DNA of 64,000 bases from Thermoproteota archaeon (GTDB lineage: Archaea; Thermoproteota; Thermoprotei; Thermofilales; B9-G17). A program made the position numbers and the translations under genes. Shown piece after piece: positions 18,451 to 28,024 of the stretch (positions are counted from its first letter, which is position 1; the number at the start of each line of letters is the position of its first letter). The notes beneath the pieces are model-generated. The model made no database searches, was not told the origin of the DNA, and worked only from the letters and a program-made list of their open reading frames with translations. The DNA is taken from contig JAPDJW010000001.1 in the NCBI GenBank assembly GCA_029258885.1, positions 96,001 through 160,000 of the forward strand, read 5' to 3'.

Positions 18451-20840
18451 CCAAAGAAATCAAAAAGTGAAGCTTGCCTTCTTCCGGCTAATAGCTGGTT
18501 TTCTGATATGCCGAAATATCCTAGAATTCTTATAGCAACAGGAATTATCTGTTTCTTAATATAGTAGTCAATATCAAGTTCATCCATATCTTTTACAAAA
18601 ACGTATGGTTCAGCTTTATCCGCTAGCCTTCCACCCGGTCTCTTAACTATGACATAACCTATCTTATCGCCTACGGTTAATGAATAACCAGCCGCTAGCA
18701 GTTTTCTAGCTGCAACTACGTGCGCTGCGCTGACCTCATATTCTGAAAGCTTCTTAGTTATTGATTTCCAGATAATTAGCTTATCCATCGGGATTTCTTT
18801 CCCCCTAAGTTTTTCAATAACCTCATGCACATACTTAACTGCAGGAGCAGGGTCTTTTTTCGTAAGCACTATCTTTATTATTTCCTCCTGTACCTCTTTG
18901 GCTAGCTCGGTCCAATCGCCGCGAATAGCTTCTAGGCCAACTACGTCTATTCTTCCATCACTTAAAAGGCCACAGTATCTTTTTTTGGCTTCAGTGAAGA
19001 AAACCCTAATGTATATCTTATCAGGCTTTATCTCTAAGCCAAGCTTTTTATTAACTTCCTCAATAAAGCGTTTAACCTTATCCTTATCGTACTTGATGAA
19101 TATGCTATCGGTATCTCCGTATATGACTCTTAACCCCATCTTCTTGGCAAGTTCTATTGTTTCCCTAATCGTTTTCCTACCCCAGGCGGTCGTTGCCTCG
19201 GCCACTTCACGTTTATACCATCTAGCTCCGACCCATCCACAGTATCCATAGGTAGCGTTTGCGATAACCTTTATAGCTCTTTGTCTCTCATAGAGTATCG
19301 TATATTCGATGCTCGTAGGATCCAGCTTCTTCATCTGCTCTTTAATCATCTTCCTGAATTTCAATAGTCTCTCCAGCACCTTCTTGTAGAACCCTGGTGG
19401 CTCTTTCAGAAACCTATGGCCGACTTCAGGAGCTATATTAACTTTGCTTGGATCTACTTTCTCGTAGGGGGGAACGTAAGTATCAGGTGAAATATTCTTC
19501 GAAATCATTATATTCGGATATAGTGATGAGAAGTCAAGCACAGCGATATTCTCATGAAGGCCGGGCTTCGGCTTGAGGACAATTGCACCCCTATAAGGTC
19601 TATACGGTCTTTCAACTCTATTAGGGACAAGCTCGTTGAACTTGTATGCCTGTCTCATTAAGTGCCACTCGACTCTGTATCCGACCGAAGCAGAGCCTAC
19701 TTGATCGAGTGGAAGACCAACTATGCTTGAGAGTTGTATGGCGAAGGGAAGAAATTTATCAGCGAGGCCTAAAATACTTTCCACATCATCAATAGCATAC
19801 CTTATCAGCGTCTCCCTCTTCGCGGGATCATCCCAATACTTGTATATGTCGATTCCAGGAATCAGTATTCTCTCATTTTTCTTCTTTACTCCGAGATACT
19901 CAGCTATGTTTTCAAGAGTTTTAACTTTTACTTCATATATATCCTCAGCGAAATCATAAAGATCTACGTTAGCTCTTCCTATTATCGATATATGACCATA
20001 TACGCTCGTCGCTGGCTGTGCTCCTGACCTAGCTACAGAAAGCTTCAGTTTTAGAGCTTTACATCTCTCCAGCAGGTAAGGCCAATCAAATCCATTACAG
20101 TTATAACCCACTATCACGTCAGGGTCGTATTTATTCAAGAATTCTGTGAATCCTTTAATGGCGGATGCATCATTTTTTCCATCTGCGGTGAACACTTTTT
20201 TATCTCCATTATTTGTCATTACAGAAATTACTATGACGGGATCTCTCTCCGGCTTTGGTGTTCCAAATTTATTATAGCATTCTATATCAAAGGCAAGGAC
20301 GCGTAAAGGGGGAACTGTGGTCTCATCGCTTCGGCGTAAGTCTCCTTTCAATACATAGACCTTATCAATCCTCCACTTTTCAGGTACTTCTATCTCTTCA
20401 ACGTCGGCTATATGCCACGTTGAAGGATAAACGTCTTTATCAATCATGTATCGCATGTAGAACCGTATATCCGCTTCCAGTACGTCCTTTATTCCAGGCA
20501 ATTTCTTAACGGCTTCTCTTAAGTTCGGCACTATTGTTGGTATCTGGCATGTAATTTTAATAACGTCTATGGGCTTGCCGTAGAATTTCTTACTAACTAC
20601 TTCAACATTTAATATCTTGTACTTAGGTTCAAGCTTTTTAATTTTACTAACAACCGACTGCGTTTCAACGCCTTTTTCTGGAACGGCATAGAAGTATGGC
20701 CTAAAAGTTCTATCTATGACGACAACCCTATTACCGTTATCGTCAATACCCCACATTCTAATTTCAGGTATGCCATCCTTAGATATGTCGTAATTTATGT
20801 CTAGCAACCAAAACTTTATTTGTTTCAATATGCTCCCCAT
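18447..20840 (-). CDS. polB3: Family B DNA polymerase (PolB3)
   Basis: ExoI AFDIE, ExoII GYNCNGFDWPYL, DFSSLYPNIM, KVIANATYGY, YGDTDS. Confidence 0.95.
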   Translation of the reverse strand: MGSILKQIKFWLLDINYDISKDGIPEIRMWGIDDNGNRVVVIDRTFRPYFYAVPEKGVETQSVVSKIKKLEPKYKILNVEVVSKKFYGKPIDVIKITCQIPTIVPNLREAVKKLPGIKDVLEADIRFYMRYMIDKDVYPSTWHIADVEEIEVPEKWRIDKVYVLKGDLRRSDETTVPPLRVLAFDIECYNKFGTPKPERDPVIVISVMTNNGDKKVFTADGKNDASAIKGFTEFLNKYDPDVIVGYNCNGFDWPYLLERCKALKLKLSVARSGAQPATSVYGHISIIGRANVDLYDFAEDIYEVKVKTLENIAEYLGVKKKNERILIPGIDIYKYWDDPAKRETLIRYAIDDVESILGLADKFLPFAIQLSSIVGLPLDQVGSASVGYRVEWHLMRQAYKFNELVPNRVERPYRPYRGAIVLKPKPGLHENIAVLDFSSLYPNIMISKNISPDTYVPPYEKVDPSKVNIAPEVGHRFLKEPPGFYKKVLERLLKFRKMIKEQMKKLDPTSIEYTILYERQRAIKVIANATYGYCGWVGARWYKREVAEATTAWGRKTIRETIELAKKMGLRVIYGDTDSIFIKYDKDKVKRFIEEVNKKLGLEIKPDKIYIRVFFTEAKKRYCGLLSDGRIDVVGLEAIRGDWTELAKEVQEEIIKIVLTKKDPAPAVKYVHEVIEKLRGKEIPMDKLIIWKSITKKLSEYEVSAAHVVAARKLLAAGYSLTVGDKIGYVIVKRPGGRLADKAEPYVFVKDMDELDIDYYIKKQIIPVAIRILGYFGISENQLLAGRRQASLFDFFG

Positions 20841-20858
20841 AGGGTATATGTACAGGTG

Positions 20859-20939
20859 GCCCGCTCTGTCTCGGACCCGGGTGTCCCGCTTTTCATGGTT
20901 TATCGAGCGGGGACCTAAGGTCCGACTCTTTGAGCGGGC
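20859..20939 (-). ncRNA. GC-rich three-helix hairpin RNA candidate (H/ACA-like or polB3 leader)
   Basis: GCCCGCTC:GAGCGGGC, TCGGACC:GGTCCGA and GTCCCGCT:AGCGGGGAC are nested; apical GA...UGA on the minus strand; TTTAAG about 25 nt upstream on minus. Strand is inferred. Confidence 0.55.
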
Positions 20940-20996
20940 AATATAAAATATACAACGTATACTTAAATTTCTTATCGAAAGTAGAAGGATGGGGCT

Positions 20997-22370
20997 ATGA
21001 GAAAGGCTAAAGCGTGGCTTGATATATATCTAGGCCTAAAGGCCTATATATCAGATACCAATGGCATAGGTGGTTGCATAAAGACTGTGCCTGATGATTT
21101 TATAGTTGAGGAAATAGATCCATGGGGGAAAGTAGTTCCGGGAGACTTTTCAGCTTCTCCTTCTACATCGCATGTCGAGGCTACGGATAGATATTTATGG
21201 TTTATATTAGAAAAGAAGGGCATCGATACGATAAGCGCATTAAGGGTAATAGCCAAGGAGATAGGTGTAAGTTATAAAGTTTTCTCGTTTGCTGGACTTA
21301 AAGATTCCAAGGCCTTAACTTATCAGCTAGTCTCGACAACAATACCCTATGAGAAGATCTCGAAATTTAAAGACCGCTACGGAAAAATATCAATTAGAAT
21401 AATAGGATACAGACCTTTTCACAGTAGACCCGGTATGCTCTATGGAAATAGATTTACAATAATAATTAGAAGAATATTTCTGGAAAAAGATGCAATACTA
21501 AATAGGATTAATAGGATAATGCAAGAGATAAATGAAGCAGGGGGTGTGCCTTCATATTATGGCTATCAGCGGTTTGGTACAATAAGGCCGAATACACATA
21601 TAATAGGGAAGTATTTAATTCTCGGAAAATTTAAGGAGGCTGTTTTCGAGCTAGTGGCAAAAGCTTACCCTATGGAGAAAGATGAGATAAAGGAAATTAG
21701 GAATTATATAGCGGAAACAGAGGACTACAAGAAAGGCTTTGAAATGTTTCCGAGAGCTTTAAGTCACGAAAGAACGGTGTTGGGGCATTTAGCCAAGAAG
21801 CCAAAAGATTACTTGGGAGCTTTAAGAAAGCTACCTTTAAGTATAAGGAAGCTTTTCGTCGAGGCATATCAAGCTTATATATTTAATAAAACCCTAAGCA
21901 AGCGACTTTTGTCTGGATACTCCATAGTATACCCATTGATTGGAGATATTGTGGGAATAAAGAGGGGAAATGAGGTAAGTGGAATAATAATAGCCAGCGA
22001 GGGTAATTTAAAGACTTTAAAAGAGTTAGTTTCCCGTGGCAAGGCAGTATTATTGTTGGATGTTCCAGGCTATAATACGCAAGCAAGAGAAGGAGTGCAA
22101 TATGAAATATTAAAAGAGGTCCTGGATGAAGAGGGAGTTAAACTAGATAATTTTAAAGTAAAGCATATGCCGGAGGTATCCTCTAGAGGGTATCATCGCT
22201 TAGCGTCATTTCTTCCTGAAGATTTTAAGGTTCTAAGGGTATGTGAGGACGATATGCATAGCAGCGCGTTCATGGTATCTATCAGATTTATTCTGAAAAA
22301 GGGACTGTATGCTACCGTTTTTCTTAGAGAAATTATGAAGCCCAGCGATATAATAGAGTCAGGCTTCTAG
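20997..22370 (+). CDS. truD: tRNA pseudouridine(13) synthase TruD
   Basis: GGCIKTVPDDFIVEE, FAGLKDSKA (catalytic Asp), GNRFTIIIR, YYGYQRFG, KGLYATVFLRE. Confidence 0.95.
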   Translation: MRKAKAWLDIYLGLKAYISDTNGIGGCIKTVPDDFIVEEIDPWGKVVPGDFSASPSTSHVEATDRYLWFILEKKGIDTISALRVIAKEIGVSYKVFSFAGLKDSKALTYQLVSTTIPYEKISKFKDRYGKISIRIIGYRPFHSRPGMLYGNRFTIIIRRIFLEKDAILNRINRIMQEINEAGGVPSYYGYQRFGTIRPNTHIIGKYLILGKFKEAVFELVAKAYPMEKDEIKEIRNYIAETEDYKKGFEMFPRALSHERTVLGHLAKKPKDYLGALRKLPLSIRKLFVEAYQAYIFNKTLSKRLLSGYSIVYPLIGDIVGIKRGNEVSGIIIASEGNLKTLKELVSRGKAVLLLDVPGYNTQAREGVQYEILKEVLDEEGVKLDNFKVKHMPEVSSRGYHRLASFLPEDFKVLRVCEDDMHSSAFMVSIRFILKKGLYATVFLREIMKPSDIIESGF

Positions 22371-22518
22371 TCTTAATATCATCAGCTATTGTTTATGCTT
22401 TTTCCTCGTCAACTAAAGAACGATGAAAAATATTATAAGTATCTCCCCAGAAGATAGGATTAGATAATTAGCGTAAACAATAGGGATAGCGATAAGCTCT
22501 GATTAAGGGATTCTGAAA

Positions 22519-24900
22519 ATGAGGCGAAAGGATCTTATCAAATACATACTTGAGAAGCTGGAGGTAGCAAGGGTAAATAATCATAGGATAATGGTTGTGT
22601 TTACGGGGGAATCTTACGATAAAAGCTTAAAGATAGTGGCATTGCTAATGAAGCAGATAGCTAAACATGCACTTTCAAGAATAAATCTCCTATATGTTTA
22701 TCATGCTTTCTATGAGGATAGCGTTTTAAGAAGGGATACATTTTCAAGTCTGCTTTCAAAAACTAAAAAGGTAGCTATTCACTATGTATCGTATCATGAG
22801 GCTGGTAAGGTACTGGGTTTAACGTTTGATCATTCAGTATTAGATCTCTATAACAACCTTGAGCCTAACGATATCGGGAAGCTTATCGGAGTAACAAAGG
22901 GCGGGGGACTTATAATATTATTAACGCCCGACTTTAATCATTGGCTTAATATAACTACTAGATTTCAACAAACCTTAACTACGCATAAATACACGACGGC
23001 GCATTTAAGGCGAATATTTGTTAGAAGATTCATTAACAAGCTTTTCCAGCACGACGGGATCATGATATATGATGTTGATAAAAATAAAATATTGAAGGAA
23101 TTAAAGATTGAGAAACGTGCATTTAAGAAGAGAGAGTTAAAGTTTCCTCAAAAAGCAATTTTCCCCTATAAAGTATATTCGATGGCATTAACTCAGGATC
23201 AAGTCGAGGTTATTCATATTTTAGAAAGGCTCTATGAGAAACCTGAAAAGAAGGTCGCTGTAGTTATAACAGCCGATAGGGGGAGGGGTAAATCATGCGC
23301 CGTCGGCATAGCATTGGCGGCCTTGGCTCACAAGTTGAGAAGAGCTAAAGGTAGAAGTAAGATAATTGTAACAGCACCTAACGAGAGTAATGTCCAGCCC
23401 TTATTCGGTTTACTCATAAGAACGCTTGAGGAATTAAACTACAACGTGAATATAGATACCAGGGAGGATTATATTGTCTCAGTTAAGTGTAAGGGTATAG
23501 ACATAAAGTATTATTCGCCAATAGATGCCATTAGGACTGCAGGAGATATAATAGCAGTAGACGAGGCAGCTTCATTACAAGTACCGATGCTATATCTAAT
23601 ACATAGGAAATTTAATAGAGCTATTTTCTCTTCAACCATACACGGCTACGAAGGTGCAGGAAGAGGATTTTCCGTTAGGTTTTTGTCGACAATAAAGAAA
23701 GACGTAGATACAATTGTTATAGAGTATGATATGGAGGAACCAATTAGATACGCAATAAATGATCCCATCGAGGCATGGCTTTTCGATACACTACTGCTTG
23801 ATGCAGAGCCATTAACGCTTTCAGAGGATGATTTGAAAGATATAGAGGCGAGTAATTATCAGTACATTAAACCTGAGTATGAAAACTTCTTCCTAAAGCA
23901 GGAAGATAAGCTAAGGCAATTCATAGGAATCTATATTATGGCACACTACAGGAACAATCCCAATGACCTAGGCATGATGATGGATGCGCCACACCACGAT
24001 GTCAGGTACATTGAGTTGCCCTCCGGAAAAATTATAGCATCCATAGAGTTAGCTGAAGAAGGTGATATAGATGAGGAGCTAGCAAGAGAGCTAGCGAAGG
24101 GAGCATGGATTGCTGGAAATATTATACCTGATAGATACATCAAACATTATAAGGTGTTAAGTTTTGGTAAGAGAATTGGATGGCGTATTGTCAGAATAGC
24201 TGTTCATCCATCTGCTACAGATATGGGTATAGGATCCAAGGCTTTAAGCTTTATAGAAGAGGAGGCTAAGGCACGTGACTACGATTGGGTTGGTGCAGGC
24301 TTTGGAGTAAATAGGATCCTTCTTAATTTCTGGCTTAAAAATGGATATATTCCAATACATATTAGTCCCGATAGAAATCCGGTAAGCGGGGAATACACAG
24401 TAATAGTCTTGAAGCATTTAAAGGAGGATGTGAAAAGATACATAATTTTTGCTAATAGGGAGTTTAGGAGAAAACTGCTGAATTCTCTACACGAACCTTA
24501 CCATGATCTTGATCCTGAGGTAGCTCTAATGCTATTGGATGTTCCATACACGGATGAGCCGATAGAAAAACTTGAACTTTCGGATGCTCAGATCGGCAGG
24601 CTATTATCCTACTCGTGGAGCACGATGACCGTCGAGAACTGCATGGATGCCGTAACGAAACTCGTAAAACACTATTTCTCCGACACATCTCCGGACAAAC
24701 CACAATTGTCGAAGATGCAGAAACTATTGCTAATAGTTAGGATACTTCAGGCTAAATCTTGGAGGTATACGTGTGAGGATCTAGGACTATCCCCAGCTCA
24801 GGCGATGTCGTTACTGAGGGAAACCGTTAGAGCATTGACTTCACATTATTTGGATGTAAAAAGCAAGGAGGAAGCAGAAAGTTTCGCTATCGAAGTATAA
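22519..24900 (+). CDS. tmcA: tRNA(Met)/RNA cytidine acetyltransferase TmcA (Nat10 family)
   Basis: ADRGRGKS, VDEAA, STIHGYEGAGRGF, HYRNNPNDL, RIVRIAVHP GNAT motif. Confidence 0.95.
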   Translation: MRRKDLIKYILEKLEVARVNNHRIMVVFTGESYDKSLKIVALLMKQIAKHALSRINLLYVYHAFYEDSVLRRDTFSSLLSKTKKVAIHYVSYHEAGKVLGLTFDHSVLDLYNNLEPNDIGKLIGVTKGGGLIILLTPDFNHWLNITTRFQQTLTTHKYTTAHLRRIFVRRFINKLFQHDGIMIYDVDKNKILKELKIEKRAFKKRELKFPQKAIFPYKVYSMALTQDQVEVIHILERLYEKPEKKVAVVITADRGRGKSCAVGIALAALAHKLRRAKGRSKIIVTAPNESNVQPLFGLLIRTLEELNYNVNIDTREDYIVSVKCKGIDIKYYSPIDAIRTAGDIIAVDEAASLQVPMLYLIHRKFNRAIFSSTIHGYEGAGRGFSVRFLSTIKKDVDTIVIEYDMEEPIRYAINDPIEAWLFDTLLLDAEPLTLSEDDLKDIEASNYQYIKPEYENFFLKQEDKLRQFIGIYIMAHYRNNPNDLGMMMDAPHHDVRYIELPSGKIIASIELAEEGDIDEELARELAKGAWIAGNIIPDRYIKHYKVLSFGKRIGWRIVRIAVHPSATDMGIGSKALSFIEEEAKARDYDWVGAGFGVNRILLNFWLKNGYIPIHISPDRNPVSGEYTVIVLKHLKEDVKRYIIFANREFRRKLLNSLHEPYHDLDPEVALMLLDVPYTDEPIEKLELSDAQIGRLLSYSWSTMTVENCMDAVTKLVKHYFSDTSPDKPQLSKMQKLLLIVRILQAKSWRYTCEDLGLSPAQAMSLLRETVRALTSHYLDVKSKEEAESFAIEV

Positions 24901-24999
24901 TTTTCTCATCTTTCGGTTAAATAATGTTCTAGGGAAGGCTTATGGCATCCAAACTCGTTATAATATTCTACTCAATACATAAGTGCAAAATGGAATCCT

Positions 25000-25184
25000 A
25001 TGCTTAGAGCCCTATCGGGGAATGGGAGCTATGCTCCAAGCCCTATAGGGCTAAACGTAGATGGGAGAGCTGTGCCGTTGCCCTCGACGGCCACCCGTGA
25101 CCCCATAGCCCTACCCAAAGGGCTATGGACGAAGCGGAAGTCCCTACCGCAAAAACAAATTTATATAGGATAATGCGGTAGGGA
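25000..25184 (+). mobile_element. Probable IS200/IS605 tnpB 3'-end remnant (omegaRNA-like, multi-hairpin)
   Basis: GC-rich island with 57-codon frame MLRALSGNGSYAPSPIGLNVDGRAVPLPSTATRDPIALPKGLWTKRKSL, resembling crenarchaeal TnpB tails as recalled; hairpins GGAGC/GCTCC, AGCCCT/AGGGCT, GCCGT/ACGGC, CCATAGCCCT/AGGGCTATGG, TCCCTACCGCA/TGCGGTAGGGA. Confidence 0.55.
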
Positions 25185-25197
25185 TAAACGGAGAATC

Positions 25198-26229
25198 ATG
25201 GGAGTAAATCTTAAGGATTTAGTACCGCGTAAGGAAATAGAATTAGCGTATTTATCTGGGAAGATTATAGCAATAGATGCCTATAATGCACTATATCAGT
25301 TTTTAGCTACTATTAGGCAGCCTGATGGAACGCCTCTAATGGATTCCAGGGGTAATATAACTAGCCATTTAAGCGGATTGCTTTACCGTACCGTTAATTT
25401 CTTAGAGTTGGGTATAAAGCCTGTATACGTATTCGATGGAACACCTCCCGAGTTGAAGAGCGCTGAAATTATGAAACGTATACAACTGAAGGAAGAGGCT
25501 ATGAAAAAATATAAGGAAGCATTGGAGAGAGGAGATTTAGAGGAAGCTAGAATATATGCACAGCAGACATCTAGGCTCACGGATAGGATGGTTAATGATG
25601 CTAAGGTTTTGCTTGATTTGCTTGGTGTGCCTTGGGTTCAGGCGCCTTCTGAGGGTGAGGCTCAAGCTGCATATATGGCTTTAAAGGGCGATGTATGGGC
25701 AACAGCAAGCCAAGACTACGACTCCCTACTCTACGGAACACCAAGACTTGTTCGAAACATCACGATTTCGGGCAGGAGGAAGCTCCCTAGAAAAAATGTA
25801 TACATTGAGATTTCTCCTGAATTAATTGAATTAAAGAACGTCTTAGAAACTCTTGGAATAACAAGGGAACAATTGATAGCAATAGGTATCCTCTTAGGGA
25901 CGGACTATAATCCGGGTGGGGTAAAGGGTATAGGACCTAAGAAGGCCTTAAAATTGGTAAAACAGTATGGAACCATAGAGAAGATAGTCCCGATAGTTGG
26001 GAGAAAAGCTTTTCCTGTTGATCCATTAGAGATAGAGAAAATATTTCTTAAACCTAAGGTTACTGATAATTATACTTTAACATGGAAAGAGCCTGACGAG
26101 GACGGTTTAATAAGTTTTCTATGCGATGAACACGACTTCTCTCTTGAAAGGGTTAGGAAAGCCGTGGAAAGAGCTAAGAAGGCTATGGCCGCAACGATGA
26201 GGCAGGCGAGCCTAGAGACATGGTTCTGA
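25198..26229 (+). CDS. fen: Flap endonuclease-1 (canonical copy)
   Basis: [41 protein letters not shown]-terminal PIP box RQASLETWF. Confidence 0.97.
   Translation: MGVNLKDLVPRKEIELAYLSGKIIAIDAYNALYQFLATIRQPDGTPLMDSRGNITSHLSGLLYRTVNFLELGIKPVYVFDGTPPELKSAEIMKRIQLKEEAMKKYKEALERGDLEEARIYAQQTSRLTDRMVNDAKVLLDLLGVPWVQAPSEGEAQAAYMALKGDVWATASQDYDSLLYGTPRLVRNITISGRRKLPRKNVYIEISPELIELKNVLETLGITREQLIAIGILLGTDYNPGGVKGIGPKKALKLVKQYGTIEKIVPIVGRKAFPVDPLEIEKIFLKPKVTDNYTLTWKEPDEDGLISFLCDEHDFSLERVRKAVERAKKAMAATMRQASLETWF
25588..25751 (+). repeat. 164-bp direct repeat, copy 2 (identical to 10329-10492)
   Basis: Direct comparison of the two sequences. Confidence 0.95.
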
Positions 26230-26690
26230 ATAATTATTGGTATGCAATTGAAGTAGTACACGCGTATGGACACCCCAACGTTAAAGCTACGCATAGATCT
26301 ACATTCGAGATAACGAGGGAAAGTTTTCTCACGGAAAGGGGAGACTGTATAATAGCCGTAAACGCAGATAAGGCAGTTAATGATTTTTCCGAAAAATTTA
26401 AAAACATATGTAGGAATGAGAACAGTATAATAATAATTTTACTTCTGGCGGATTCGAATTTTGATGTTATCATTGCAAGAGGACATAGGTTTCTTAAATT
26501 ATCCAGTAATATCTCCATTGTAGTTAGGAAAAGCGAGTTTATTGATGAGCGTACGCTCGCAGTTTGCGCTTCAAAGGCTGCAAGGGATCTTAAGCGTGAC
26601 TTAGTGATAATGCTCAGGAATCCGAACATCCTACTGAAGGCTATACTAATAGCCTTTGCTCCGAAGAAAAGTGGGCCCGGTGGGATTTGA
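26220..26690 (+). CDS. DUF371 family protein
   Basis: [52 protein letters not shown]. Confidence 0.9.
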   Translation: MVLNNYWYAIEVVHAYGHPNVKATHRSTFEITRESFLTERGDCIIAVNADKAVNDFSEKFKNICRNENSIIIILLLADSNFDVIIARGHRFLKLSSNISIVVRKSEFIDERTLAVCASKAARDLKRDLVIMLRNPNILLKAILIAFAPKKSGPGGI

Positions 26691-26771
26691 ACCCACGATT
26701 CGGGCTCAACCTTCCTAAGGCTGAGACCCCCGCCGTGTGAGGGCGATGTCCTACCGCTAGACCACGGGCCA
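26672..26771 (-). tRNA. tRNA-Val(CAC) with 28-nt variable-loop intron (26699-26726); position 1 is T opposite C72
   Basis: (T)GGCCCG/CGGGCCC-A; TCGCC-CTCACAC-GGCGG; GTGGG-TTCAAAT-CCCAC. Confidence 0.9.
26699..26726 (-). other. BHB tRNA intron at position 46/47
   Basis: CGGG:CCCG central helix, bulges GG|T and AA|T, inner helix CTCAGCC:GGTTGAG. Confidence 0.85.
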
Positions 26772-26783
26772 AAATAAGTATTG

Positions 26784-27560
26784 TTATGTTGCTATATAAC
26801 TTTTGCGAGAACATCTTCCTGTTTCTTCGCAAGCTATTTTTTCGCGTATTTGTCTAGCTAAGCCTAAAATAGTTTGAAGTTCGTACATATTTATCAATGA
26901 TCTTCCAAGAATACGCTTTATGACTAGTTTCGTTTTCTGTCTTTTAGACACCGCTAGCTTCAAATGATCCAGTATATCATCAATGAAGCTATAGAACCTA
27001 GATAATCCAATATTGTTTTCTCGGATCGCTATTAGTCTGCCTTTCCTCATGGGGAGCGTACTTTCATAATATATGAATTTGAATATTTCATAAAATATTA
27101 TGGTGGCAGCATGAGATAAATTCAAGATAGGGTACTCCGGATTAGCTGGAATTGTAACTATTATATCGCATAAGGCTAGTATATCGTTTGTAAGTCCTAT
27201 ATCCTCTCTTCCGAAAATTATAGCTACTTTACAGTCGTCTAAGGATAGAAGCTTTAAAGCTAATTCCTCTGGTGTAATTGCCTGTCGAAGAATATTCTTT
27301 ATTCCTCCTTTCTTACCTGTAGTTCCCACAATATAGTCTACTCCTGCCAAGGCATCTTCTAGTCTTTCGACGATAACAGCTTTTTTTAGGATATCATCGG
27401 CATGAACAGAATACACTTGTGCTGTTCTACCCAATCTAGCGAGAGGTGAAACTATATACAATTCGCTTAAACCAAAATTCTTCATATTTCTTGCTACGTA
27501 CCCTATATTTATTTCAAAAAGAGGCTGGTAAAGAATAATTCTAATATTCTTCAATTTCAA
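26784..27560 (-). CDS. trmJ: TrmJ/LasT SPOUT tRNA 2'-O-methyltransferase
   Basis: NIGYVARNMKNFGL, IVGTTG, IIFGREDIGLTN, YPILNLSHA. Confidence 0.9.
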   Translation of the reverse strand: MKLKNIRIILYQPLFEINIGYVARNMKNFGLSELYIVSPLARLGRTAQVYSVHADDILKKAVIVERLEDALAGVDYIVGTTGKKGGIKNILRQAITPEELALKLLSLDDCKVAIIFGREDIGLTNDILALCDIIVTIPANPEYPILNLSHAATIIFYEIFKFIYYESTLPMRKGRLIAIRENNIGLSRFYSFIDDILDHLKLAVSKRQKTKLVIKRILGRSLINMYELQTILGLARQIREKIACEETGRCSRKSYIAT

Positions 27561-27564
27561 GGAG

Positions 27565-27765
27565 CTATAACCTCTTTACCAGTGATATTAATGCAACTAT
27601 TAAAAAGGCTATAGCTGTTAACGTTAAGCTTCCGGTTATCAGGTAAACTATTAGGGCTACTATGAGGGCTGGAAGAAGTAGTATGATTACCTTTACTATT
27701 AGAATGAAGATTAGTAGAGCTATTATGAAGAATATACCCGCCAATATTATTTCAATTATCATCAT
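27565..27765 (-). CDS. Small membrane protein
   Basis: 66 aa, almost entirely hydrophobic; directly upstream of trmJ. Confidence 0.6.
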   Translation of the reverse strand: MMIIEIILAGIFFIIALLIFILIVKVIILLLPALIVALIVYLITGSLTLTAIAFLIVALISLVKRL

Positions 27766-28024
27766 GAACTTATCCTTGATACAAGTATATAAGTATGGCG
27801 CGGTCTCGAACTATATTGTAAACTGCATGCTCTGATCTCTATCGGGAGAAGTTCTAATGTTTGCATTTCTCTCCAAGCTATTGTCGGAGGGAAATAGCAC
27901 TATAATTGAGGTGAAAAAATAGAGTATGGATCCTAGCGTAGTGGATCTTCTATAAAGAGCAAGAGTAAATCTAATATATCCTTTAATCAAAATAAGCCTT
28001 CAGTAAGATAGCAGGTAGCAATGG

